Source of the DNA: Octopus vulgaris
Lineage: Eukaryota
Direction: 5' to 3'
Assembly: GCA_951406725.2 (NCBI GenBank)
Contig: OX597820.1
Coordinates: forward strand, 109,058,001 to 109,122,000
DNA length: 64,000 nucleotides
Part shown: positions 24,483 to 37,300 of the stretch, piece after piece
How positions within the stretch are numbered: the first letter of the stretch is position 1
Layout: the number at the start of each line of letters is the position of its first letter
Notes under the pieces: generated by a model
What the model saw: only the letters and a program-made list of their open reading frames with translations
Told to the model about the DNA's origin: nothing
Database searches by the model: none
Made by a program: the position numbers and the translations under genes

Positions 24483-25890
24483 TAAATGTGTTTTGAGATA
24501 ACTTCAATCACATCCTTTTTGTTTTTCTGAGTTAGAATTGATTGGTTTAGATATTCAGGGTTGAATGTAATTTGAATTATAGATGTATATAAGTTGCAAC
24601 TTAAGTGTGTAATTAAAAATACTATTTTCAGCCAGATTAACTGAAGGAATAAGGGTTCAAAACAAGTAGCTGTGGCATGGAATATATTAATCTAGAGTCA
24701 GAAGACAAACAAATTATTAATCCTTCTGCATTTAGTTGTAAGTGATTGTACATAGATTTTCTGATATATCTAAAACCAAAATAACTGACTGGATATATTG
24801 TGTGTGTGGCGGGGCACATGATTATTTTTTGTGAGTTCTTATTTACCTTATTTTCTTCAAAGTATTTCTGGTCATGACACTTTATTCTATTTGCTTCAAT
24901 TTACATTTTTTTTTTTTGAGAATAGTTGCCAGAACACTTAAGAGAGTTACTCAATATCATAACAGTTACTTTATATCATATAATATAGAATAATAAAATA
25001 CTGTTTTTTGATTGTTTTAGATATGAGAATGTTATTCTCTTAACATGAAATTGGTTTGGATATGAGGGCTTTATACTCTTAATATCTAAAACAATCAAAT
25101 TAGTTTTTGATTCATCTGTTGAGTGTTTTAATACTATAAAAAACAGAATCAAATATCAGTCCCATGTGCCCTAAAGATTGGTCAAATAATTCAAGTAACT
25201 AAATATGTATAAAGTGAGAGCTCAATAAATTTCTATCAAAAATAGACCAGCTAAAATGAGATATAAATGAAAGTGATTTGACATTTATAAAATTTGTCAA
25301 ATCTGCTACTGCTGCTGGAAGTCATTCCATGACATGAGTAAACAAACATTCCTGTATTACTCTAAAGGATACTACAACTGAAAGTTTAGGAAATCATCAT
25401 CATATCACCAGTTTCCACACTTTTCCATGCTTTCCTGAGTCAGTTGGAGTTTGTTGAGGCAAATTTTCTATGGCTGGCTGCCCCTTCCTATATTGCCAGC
25501 TCTTACCTTTTTCCAAGCAAGGTAATATTTTCCCATCACAAGACATGTTTTTGAAGACTTTTGGAAATGAATGACACTGCTTGTATGATAGTGACACTCA
25601 TTTACAACTATCACTCAATGTCAAGACAACACACACACACACATATATATGATGGGCTTATTTGTTTTTGTTTCTGTCTACCAAATCCACATACAATCCA
25701 GGGCTATAGATGATACTTGCGAAGAGTGTCATGTAATGGGACTGAACCGAAAACCATATGCAACCTTCTCTTTAATACAGGAACTTTATCCCAGTTTAGG
25801 TGTCTGGTATTTGATTTTCCATGCCAGCATGGAACAAGGATGTTGAATAATGATGATGATTTTATTGAATAGAATTTGTTTATTAATTGA

Positions 25891-26055
<165 letters not shown>

Positions 26056-26236
26056 TAAGGTTGTTTATAGTGGGTCTGCCCAACACTTCTATTCAGTGTT
26101 GGTAGATGACACATTTGTAGTTGTATTCAGTCTACTACATCTACCAAACTGATTCTCTTTTTATAGTTTCTTTGGTTAAATCACCATAGAAATACATTTC
26201 CTCATCACTATATGAACATGTATGTATACTTATGCA

Positions 26237-26566
26237 GAGGGCGCGTGGCTTAGTGGTTAGGGCATTCGGCTCATGATCGTAAGGTTGTGAGTTCGATTCC
26301 CAGCGACGCGTTGTGTCCTTGAACAAGACACTTTATTTCACGTTGCTCCAGTCCACTCAGCTGGCAAAAATGAGTTGTACTTGTATTTCAAAGGGTCAGC
26401 CTTGTCACTCTCTGTGTCACGCTGATTATCCCCGAGAACTACGTTAAGGGTACACGTGTCTGTGGAATGCTCAGCCATTTGCACGTTAATTTCACGAGCA
26501 AGCTGTTCCGTTGATCGTATCAGCTGGGATCCTCGTCGTCGTAACCGGCGGAGTCTTTTTTTAAGA
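26237..26566 (+). mobile_element. tRNA-derived SINE with 11-bp TSD
   Basis: A box TGGCTTAGTGG, B box GAGTTCGATTC, central GTGTCCTTGAACAAGACAC. TSD ATACTTATGCA at 26226-26236 and 26567-26577. Confidence 0.9.
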
Positions 26567-27022
26567 ATACTTATGCATATATATAGAAAGAAATAAGCAG
26601 AAAACCTGTGTGATATTCAAAGCTCTATAGAACATACACACTTTTCAGTCAAATGTGGTAATAATTACATACAAGTAGAGGCATTATGTAATCATGCATT
26701 TCACCTCATCAGTATCCTGTCAAATATATTGAATCTCTGAATATATATACTTTTCTCCGTTATGCAAATGGTCAAACCTTGCAGGTCACATAAATAGATA
26801 AAGTATCATTTCAAGGAAGTCAGAATGATGCCATGCTTGAATAAAAAAGACAGAGGATCTAGTAAATTGTCATGGCCAAGGGTCTGATAGGGAGAGGTCA
26901 TTAGGCCATGAACTAGACAGAGGTAGCCAGTTAGGCATAAATACATGTCCAATACTCAGGACGTAAACCATATAGACACACATGCAAGTATGCACACACA
27001 GACACATACATACTCGCCTACT

Positions 27023-27055
<33 letters not shown>

Positions 27056-27515
27056 GTATATGTGTGTGTATATATATATATATAGCCGAAATTGCGAGGA
27101 TAATCTGGTTCTTGACTGACGATAGAAAACTTCGAATGACCTGTCCATGTTTTCTTTGTATTGTCTATCTGGATGTTTTGTTGTCCCCTTTTTTGTATCA
27201 CCCAGTTGTCCGGATGTTTTGCGTTCTGTCCCATTTTGTGTGTGTGTGTGTATACATACACATACACACATATGCACATATATACACCTATGTACTGATA
27301 TATACACAGCCATATATTTATTTACTAACAAATATACACACGCATATATATATATATGTATATATATATATTTTCAATAGGGAGCATTACCATTAACTCT
27401 ATCATTATCTAAGATAAAATAATTAAATTGATAACAGAATTAATAATATAGGAGGTTTAAATAAGAGTTTTGATTGTTATTTCCAACAGGTAGACATACT
27501 CAGTATGTCCTTTGA

Positions 27516-27546
<31 letters not shown>

Positions 27547-27849
27547 GGGTGTGCATATACATATATGCACACACACACACATATATGCACAAAAATGGTT
27601 AAAAGAATAAATAAATGAGTAAAATATACAATGTAAAAGGAAAGAAGACAAAAATACAAAATACATTAAGGTGTACATATGTACATGCCTACACAAACAG
27701 GACTACACACACAAAGAATACATAAAAATATATATATATACACACATACTTGGTTGTACACATACACAAATGCATGTGTGTGCATAAATATATATACATG
27801 TGCGTGCAGCCATGAAAACCCAAACATAAGTGAAGGTGGAACCAAGTCT

Positions 27850-28400
27850 CATCATCACAACTGCTCCACAATGGACTACTGAACCCCTGCCCCCTTTGCC
27901 TGGTTGTAACTGCTGGTCAAATTAACCCTGCCCTCTATGAGGGCAGTGAATATGCTCTGACATAGTATACAAATGTAAAGTGGTTATGCATAATAGTAAT
28001 GGGTTCTACTTAGGGGCCATTATCAACCATGCCAAGCAATGCACTTCGATGTATAAACACTCCTTCTCCAACCCAAGACTTAGGCATTTTACCTCATTAA
28101 TGAACATATTTGTCCATGAACTAAAAGATAGTACAGTTAGTTGTACCTTGTTTTGGTCAGTATGTGGGCATGCAGTACCATACCAGGGTGGTAGGCAACT
28201 GTGTGGTTTATGCACAAGGGAAGGATTAGAAATTATTTTGACCAATGTCGAGCGCATCCTTAATAAACATAACAAAATAGGTATCTTACTGTATCCACTG
28301 AAAGACCAGGATGTTCTAATGCTACTGATCAAGAAAGAACCCAATCCATGGTGATGAGTGGTAGTGCGCTATTGAACTTGCTTTTCGCAACTGGGGGATT
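27850..28400 (+). mobile_element. Decayed Penelope-like element 3' part (GIY-YIG endonuclease)
   Basis: Read-through translation gives CNC..PCPL.GQ..SDIVYKCKV...FYLG...HSFSNP..HFTSL..VHELKD...WSV...PYQGG..CGLCTREGLEI...LNK, the typical PLE endonuclease layout. Confidence 0.75.
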
Positions 28401-29089
28401 TCACTACCTATATACCCTCTGGGGCCCCTTCTCTATCTCTTTCACTTCCTGTGAATGTCTACATTTATACCTTTCCCTCTTGTTATACTATGTTAATGGT
28501 TACCTCTTGGGTTACTGTTCTTTGTTAATGTAGTTTCATATATGGGATATGTGTCACATTGCATCTACAGAAAGGTTATATTATGAGCTAAACTGCATCT
28601 ACAAAGGAGCTGATATGAATCCTGGTTGACTCCAACTGACTTCTTTTCCTCCTGTCTATTTCTGTACCACTCCCAGAACTTTATACCTATTTACATCAGA
28701 CTGCCTTTCTCCACGGGTACACTGAACTTTTTGAGTTGTTCGACTTAGAGGGCCTATGCCCCCCTTGTAATATATTTGGATATCTTTTTATGCTATTTCA
28801 GTGTTTGGGTTTTCACTGACACACATGCATATGTATGTATACATGTGTGTGTGTGTGTGTGTGTGTATATTATATATATATATGCATGTATACACAATGT
28901 GCGTGTAGATATATGTATGTGCAAGCATATATATACATATATACATGTTTTTCGATATGTCCATTTTATGTATTTTTTGTGTTTACAGTCATGTTTGTAG
29001 GCATACGTATACTTTTATGTGTTTAGTATTTTTTCTTTTTTCCTCTTTTGTATTTTTTACTTGTTTATTATTTTTGCTGTTTTTGTGTG

Positions 29090-29345
29090 TGTGTGGTTAA
29101 GAAGCTTACTTCCCAACCACAAGGTCTCAAATTCAGTCCCACTGTGTGGCACCTTGGGTATATGTATTCTACTATAACCCCAAGCCAATCAAAGCCTTGT
29201 GAATAGATTTGGTAGACTGAAACTGAAGAAAACTTGAGGTTTGGTGACAGGAAGTGTTGCCAGCTGTAGAAAATCTGTCTCAACGAATTCCATCTAAAGC
29301 ATGCAAATATGGAAAAGTGAACATTAAAATTAGGATGATAATGGT
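29090..29345 (+). mobile_element. Decayed tRNA-derived SINE with RTE-like 3' tail
   Basis: GTGTGGTTAAGAAGCTT..TTCAGTCCCACTGTGTGGCACCTTGGG head; tail gcatgcaaatatggaaaagtgaacattaaa resembles the RTE 3' end. Confidence 0.6.
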
Positions 29346-31890
29346 AATATACATACGGCAGCCCATGCCATCATAGAAAACAGATGTTAAATGATAATAA
29401 AAAATGATGGTGATTGATCAACCCAAGCTTATAATGGAAGATATTTGCAACAAACATTACACAATATGATCAAATCTGAAAGTACACGATTTTGAAGCAA
29501 TCTTGTTAACTGAACAGACCTGTCTGTCATATATCTAAATAAGTCCTGCCAAAAATTTAAAACCATTAAACCTAGTGTAAAACATTGACTACCTGCTGTA
29601 TTTCAGCTTTTGTGCTTGTGACAAGGTAACATTACTTGAAATTTGAAGACTACTTTTCTTTGGTCTGACCAAACATCTGAGAAACCCTGAGTAGCTTGCA
29701 AGTAAATCAACTCCATACAAATAACTACCATGTTTATTGCATACACTTTGTCTTGCTTGCAACTTTAAACACTCTGCGTGTGTGTGTTCACAAATTTAAA
29801 ACCATTTAATGTATTATGAGGTATTTTGAGAGAATTATTAATCTGATGGTCCTAAGGTCAAATAGTACTCCAGCTGTTGTATCTTTTTTGACCAAGTAAT
29901 AACTTCACTCATTTTGCCTGACTGACAAAAATGTTTCTGCTTCATAGATGGACATTTAACAGTAAAAAAAAGTATCCACTTTAGAAATCTAGTCTTTTCA
30001 GCAACAACAACAAAAATAACTCAATCAGGCAAAAAGAAAACTGCAATCACTGAAAGATAGCATAAAAATATACTTAATATATTACACTGAAATATTCTTT
30101 AGATTGGCCATTGAGGAGAAAAATTTGTCAATCTTTATAGTACTGTGCTACATTTATCACCTGTTTGCCAAACTACATCTGTCAGTTGTTTGATCTATAT
30201 CATTCAGTGATATAAAATCAATAATTGTTTTCATTGCAATGACTTATTAAAGAAACATCTGTTCTAGTTTTTGTTGGTGATCCAGTGATGGTGTCATAAA
30301 GAAAAAAACTGAAAGACTTAAAATAAATTGAATACAGGGTCAATGACAGGCTGTTTACAGAAACTGTCTTGAAGTTTTAATGAGTTTAGATGAGATAACT
30401 GATATCTAACAGTTAACTGTTATAACTTGAGCAGTGGTTATTGCTTTGAGCTTCGTAACTTTGCCTCTAAGCTGTGCAGTTGTACAGTTGCTGTATTGGT
30501 ATCACATGCATCAGAATGTTGCCACTCAAATTGAATTTACAAACAAGTTTTTAATAAGCTGTGTTAAAGTTTGAGATGCTGGGCACTAGTTTCAATTTGA
30601 AATATTTTTCTTCAAAGCATCTAAAGTTCCACTTAGTGGTTTGTAAAATTTTGAGGAAATATTGGACTTCAGTGATCTCTGATTAAGTAGATGTATAATC
30701 CTGAATTATTTTTCTGGCATAATGTATATAGAATTACATTATTTAGGATGTCCTTATTTCTAAATTATGAGAGACTCTGTTTTAGGGATTGCACTGATAA
30801 ACTCTTTGTTTGCACACTTTTTGCATGAAGGGAGTTAATTGAATGAAGTATTTAATGGGCTACTGTATGTAGAAACTGTTTCATGTAATTGTGAGGTTTG
30901 TTGAATTAAGATTTATGACTTAAAACATATGGTACTTCAGTACAGTTTAGTTTAGCACATTTCGTTGTTAATGTATAAAGCAATGAAAATAAATAGCATT
31001 ATGTTGACATGCAACAATGAAAACAGGAGTTTGGCTTTGTTTTTTGACAAATCAGCAAATAATAAAAAGACAGCAGAAAGGAAATAGAAAGAATAAGAGA
31101 CAGTAAATGGAAGAAGAGGTAAAGGAAGAAAATAAAAAGAATGAAGTAGTGGATGGATGTAAGTGCTGCAATAGTTGCTTTATAAAGAATCAGCAAAGAC
31201 AAACTATTTCAGAATGTAAGATAGTGACTTTAGAGATAGAATAAAATAGAAACTATGTTGGAAAGGAGGATGCTGATTGTTGAAAATATGTGGTTAAAGG
31301 AAAGGATTCCAAACAGTTCAAAAACAAATTGTAAGTTGAATTTATGTTGTGGTAATGGATAAGTACTTATTCCTGATATAAACAGCATTTAAGTGTATGA
31401 TGATATGACATGATATAATACTATACATGATATATAATATGGTAAGTATTTTATATGAGTATATGCTTATATAAAATATAATGAAACAAGCCAACAGAGC
31501 GGACCCTTTGTCTCTATATTTCTGCCCTGTCGAGCAACTGCAGAGTAGGTCCCTGTAACGTGTTCTTTAATGTCTGATCAGCCTTGATAGAGCAAATATA
31601 AGATTGAAGGCACTCTGGCCATGACTATCCTGTGTGGTTTTCACTCATAGTGTATCTAGGAATATTCTCCAATGTGTCAGTGTTTTTTTAAATGATTAGG
31701 TATTATTTGAGAGAGATTTGACTGCTAATGGTAACATGCCAAACAAGTACACAGGGTCTTCCCTTTTTACATGCATCTAATGATTCAGTTTAACTTACCT
31801 ATCTACCACATACTTAACCTGCAGTGAAATCACAGTGTTAGTTGGAATGCATAGGTAGCTAACAATTCAAGCTGTGTTGAATATTGCTAA

Positions 31891-32070
<180 letters not shown>

Positions 32071-32825
32071 TAAAATTTAATGTGATTGTTGAAAAAATAA
32101 AGCTCATTCTATAATTAAAATATTAATAATATTTCTAAAATTTGTTAACCTTTACTTGTTTTTGGCTTCTAATCAGTCCAATCTCAAGCAACCTACTTAT
32201 ATACAATTCCCTAAGCTAGGTTTGAAATCAGAATATTTATTTCTAATTTCATAGAATGGAAGTGCTATGTTTAAAAATATAGAAACTTTTCATTAAAAGC
32301 AATGAAAGGAAATGTGAAGATAGGAAAAGATTTATCAATCAAAACAGAAACATGAAGGATGCAGTCTGAATATTGATTTCTATGGGTTTTTTTTTCAATA
32401 TTGTCTTGCTGCTTTGTTGAGTAAGTTCGACAAGGAATTTTTAATATTTTCAATGTAAATTTTCATGTTCAAACTTAGATCATGTAGAGCAAGAACTAGT
32501 AATAAGTTCCATCTGTAAAAGGCTGTGATTGAATAATTAAGAAAAAGAAAAGACATCTGGGCGTAGAAAATAATTGATGCAGTAAAACCATCTTCATTTG
32601 TTCTTTCACAAAAATGGCAAGAAAATGGACACTATAGAATTTTAAATGTCAGTAACAACAGTGGAAAAACTCTTAGAAAGTTATTATTACTGTCTATGAA
32701 TCTGATAATATGGATAAGAACTAGAAGAATGTTTTCTTGATTTCTCTCACTTAAGCCTTTACCTTCAATATATTATCTCTTCTTTGTCTTTGTTGTATAA
32801 TGTTTTTTTTTTGTTTCTATTGCAG

Positions 32826-33042
32826 TCAAATGACAAGTATAACACAGAATGATATAATCAGTACTTTACAGTCATTAAACATGGTGAAATATTGGAAAGG
32901 GCAGCATGTGATTTGTGTCACTCCTAAATTAGTTGAGGAACATTTGAAAAGTGCACAGTATCGTAAACCTGTGTTGATGGTTGATCCTTCTTGTCTGAGA
33001 TGGGAGCCTCCTCGGAAAATGCCAAAAACAACTAAGAAATGA
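32826..33042 (+). CDS. KAT8: KAT8/MOF last coding exon to stop codon
   Basis: TGCAG acceptor at 32821-32825. Translates [71 protein letters not shown]. Confidence 0.97.
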
Positions 33043-33771
33043 ATTATCAACATCTTTTATTAGTCAGGAATTTGGAAACTAAGATATTATTGTCATAATT
33101 AGTCAATATATCGAGACTCACTTTTTAAACTTTATGAGCAGAAGGGGGGTGGTAAGAACTCAAACTCAGCATTTACAGACTAACTTGATATTACATAGAA
33201 ATATATGACATCTGTTGACAGCTCCACAAAAAGTTTTACTGCTTAAGGAACATTCTTTGTTTATTCTGAGATGTACTTTCCATTTACTTTTATGGCACCT
33301 CAGTTTGATAAAGTCCATTGCATATATTAAGTTGCTGATATTTCAAGAGGCCCGATACCTAAAAAGAAAGATGCTAAGAAGAAATTTATATTTAAAAAAA
33401 AAATATTTTAGCAACAAGAAAATGTTATTTCCAACTACACAACATTTCTTCAATTTGTTTAAATTCTGTGATAAAATTTTCAACTTTGGCTGTAAATTTA
33501 GCATATACAAGCTGAACCCTGGGGCTTCTTTGTTTTTGCAGCCCCTTGAAGGAAACAGTTTAATGTTTGATACTGAAGCCACTGAATCTTCCTATGGGAT
33601 TACCTAAACACCACATGTAGATTCTTACTGTTTGTAAAGTCTTTGTGTTGAAGAACTCAAAATAACGGAAAGGAAACAGGATAAAGAAATTATTTTCCAG
33701 TTTACCTATCATGGAAAAAAAAAACCAGCTGTTTTTTATGATTACATCTTTTCATTTTTACTTTATTGGTA

Positions 33772-33777
33772 AATAAA
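33772..33777 (+). terminator. Candidate polyadenylation signal of KAT8 (3' UTR about 0.75 kb)
   Basis: AATAAA about 730 nt after the stop codon, followed by a T-rich downstream element at about 33820-33850. Confidence 0.55.
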
Positions 33778-34372
33778 GTTTCATCTTACATCAAATCTTC
33801 ATGTTCAAATAATCAAACTTTTCTCGTTTTTCTTTTATCTTTCTTTTCACTTCATTCTGCTATTATAATTGGGCCATTAGTATGGAAGTCTTGTAAATGC
33901 TTAGTTTGGTCTTGGCCAAAGGCTACAGAAGCTTTCTAAATCCGTTGATGTATTTCTGCATCTATAACATTATCATTGACTACTGATGCATTGTCTAAAT
34001 CAGTGAAGTGTTCATGCAGGATTATTGCTTGTTCTTTGATGAAAGTAGTGTTGTCCTTGAACTTCAAAGGTACTACAATAGAAATTGATGGACCAAACAC
34101 TTCATGTAGAACACCATAGAACAGTTTCAAATCCTTTGCATGATAGACTGTTTGAATCGCTGAAAAGGACTTTGAGCACCACTCATTTTTAGCTCTTCTT
34201 AGCTCCCATTGTATCATTGGTTTGTTCTCCTTAAAGTCCTCTCTGTAATAGGCTGTACCAAAGGGCACTGTTTCATAATCTTTTCTTGAAGAGCTTGTTT
34301 GGTGTAGCTGGTAGATAGTCACATCATAATCATCAAACCAGTCCTTATGCTCCTTTATTCTAATATCAAGTA

Positions 34373-37300
34373 CAAGGTGATATCAAAACATTCCCGGACT
34401 AGTTCTGTAGCATGCCAACAGATGGCAGCACACAGTTGTGTGTGCAGTGAGAGCTAGCAGTCACCTTCATGAGGCAGTGTGCCGAGTGGCATTGCTGTGA
34501 TTACTTCACACAAGTTGTGAAATTTGTTGTATGCTGTAGTCTGTGATTTTTATCATGGACAGAAAGTTGGAACAAAGAATCAACATGCAATTTTGTGCTA
34601 AACATAGGAAATCTGCTACAGAGACATTGAGCATGCTTCAAGCTTACAGCAGTGAGGCTGTACGCAATGTTTTGAGTGGCACAGGCACTTCAAAAGCAGA
34701 AGAACATCCCTGGAAGATGATGAGCGAAAAGTGGAGAAACTTCACCAGCTTGTGCATGAAGATTATTGAAGAACAATCAACAACATTGCTGATGTTGTTG
34801 GTCTTGTCATATATGGGTCCAGGCAGGCAATCCTAATGTTTGAAGTGAACATGCGGTGTGTCTGCCAAGTTTTCCCCCCCACCGGAACATGGACGCGATG
34901 GCTATACTATTGGATGTGTTTTTCTGCTGCTCTGTTAAGAATTGTTGATTTGTTACCATTATTTACTGTTCTCAGTGTCTTTTTTGACATACTACCTGAG
35001 TAAGCAGGGTTGTGTTTTTTCCCTGTTAAAGGGAGGTTTTTTTTTTTTACAAATGGATACTGAACAAGATGCAGGCAGACAAGCTATATCTGGAAATGTT
35101 CCCTGTCTCTCCCAGGTTGTGTAGTGAAGGAAAGGAAGAATATACATGAACAAGAAATGCAAAAAGAAGCCAACTCGGAAAGTAATAATAATGATGCTAA
35201 CTTTGCATCTGTGGCCAGTGTTACATGTGAAATTCTGCAGGTCAGCCCAGACGTTCTGGAAAAATATATGTGTATAATCAAAAAGGAAGGAACAAATGTA
35301 AGTCTCAACCCACCTGGTGATGTAATTCACATTACGAAGAAACAAACAATTGTATACAAAACTTGGTCTCTTAAAACAAAAAAAATTGATAAAGCTACTA
35401 AGGAGTCAATAGAAAAATGCCTACAGCCAATATGGAATAAAACAACGTACTTAAACAGAGGAAAGCACTCTAGAACTGTCAAAGTAAGATTCGCTTCTGA
35501 GGATGAAGCGAAGATGCATTCAACATCTCCCTTAAAATCAACTGAATTAGTGCTGCTGCCAACATATTTAGGCAAGAGAACGTCAAAAGTAAAAATAGGG
35601 AAGGTACTGCTGGAAATTGACATGACGTGACTGATGGTAGCTATATTAATAAATTTGAAGGATAAAATTACCATCCTTCAAGCTACCAAGCTGTGCCAGC
35701 AGAACCGGTGGGGCCAGGGTCTAGAACTCATAATTCAGGCCACTCAGCAAGATTTAGAAGAACTGCCAGATGAAACTGCTCTAAAAGTATTAGTGGATGG
35801 GCGAAGGCCAAGATGCTACCTGTGCGGCATGAAAGTACATATCAAAACTAAATGCACACAAGATACAGTTCCAACAGAATCCCTTACAAACAGTGATCCC
35901 CCACAAACTGAAGAAGACGATCAATACTGTAATAAAACAACACACACCAATAATAGTGCTAGAAGAGATAAAACAACCAAAAGGAGACATCCCTGAGAAA
36001 ATAACTTCAACAACATCTGAAGAAGTGGAGAATGAATGGAGGGAGGTTAAAAGAAGACGCAAGAGGATGAACAACTCCCCCTCACACTCTACCACGCAAA
36101 GTATTGAAACACCTACATGCACACCCCACACACACAAAATTCAAAGGCCCAACCCACTACCCACAGATACAGTTATAAACATAATCACATTCAATACAAA
36201 CAACACTAACTTAGTACAAATGATAAACAAAAACGAAAACATATCTCCATCCGAAGCCCCAACACTCCCAAACACTGGAAAATATAAAATTTATATACAT
36301 AGATTTAAAAGAAAAACATCCAAATGACATAAGACCATTACAGAGAACTTTTACGAAACATCTCTATACTTATTTCAATAGAAATACCTCACAAGGCACA
36401 ACACCCAGAAAAATCCTCCCTAGATAAAACGTACATTATTGATGCACATCTCTTTTGGAAAGGAAGTTTTGAACTTGGGAACTGTCATTTATTATATTTT
36501 TCTTAAGAATAAGGTCAGTTTATCATTTTCATATCTTTAATACTATTCAAACTATTTCATATGCCTCATTGTTTAAAAAATTTAGAGTAAAAGAACAAGA
36601 TCTACTAGATGATATTAAGCAACTGGAAACCAATTTGGTAGAAACTGAGAAGCTTGAAAAAAGATAGAAGAGATTCGTAAAGCCAAAATGGAGGGTATTA
36701 TTCGCTTAAAGGCCAAGTGGATAGATGAAGGGTAGAAGGTTAGCCGTTGTTTTTGCAATCTAGAAAATAAGAATTTTGTAAGTAAAGGCATGGCCCAATT
36801 AGAGTTAGATAATGGATCTACTATAGAAAATACAAAGGATATTGTTCTTGAAGTAACATCATTTTATGAAAGATTGTATTCTTCTAAGGAGCATGTGTTA
36901 TAAGATTGTGATCTTGATGAACTTTTTCTGAAGGGGACATATATAGGCTTAGTAAAGGAGATTCTAACTCATTGGAAGGCCCAGTAACTCATGATGAACT
37001 TTTGAAATGTTTGAAAAAGACAAAGAACAATAAAAGTCCAGGTTCGGATGGGTTCACCTATGATTTTTATAAATTCTTTTGGAAGGATTTATTTCTGTTT
37101 TTGTTAAGGTCATTCAACTATAGCTTTGCTAAAGGTTATCTGTCAATGACATAGAAGCAAGGTATTATTACCTGTATTCCAAAAGGAGATAAGCCCAAGT
37201 GTTTTTTGAAGAACTGGAGACCTATTTCACTTCTCAATACTGTTTACAAACTACTTTCATCTGTTATTGCTGGGAGGTTTAAAAGTATTCTCCCAAAGTT

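Noticed and set aside
26237-26310. tRNA gene
   Set aside because: The A and B boxes continue into a SINE body flanked by an 11-bp TSD, and there is no proper acceptor stem.
32800-32825. Start of the ORF-track 80-aa protein (MFFFCFYC)
   Set aside because: This is the intronic polypyrimidine tract; the real exon starts after the AG at 32825.
34867-34883. Shared CCCCAC in the target sites of both Tx1 elements as a common recognition motif
   Set aside because: The motif sits at opposite ends of the two TSDs relative to the nick, and two sites are too few.
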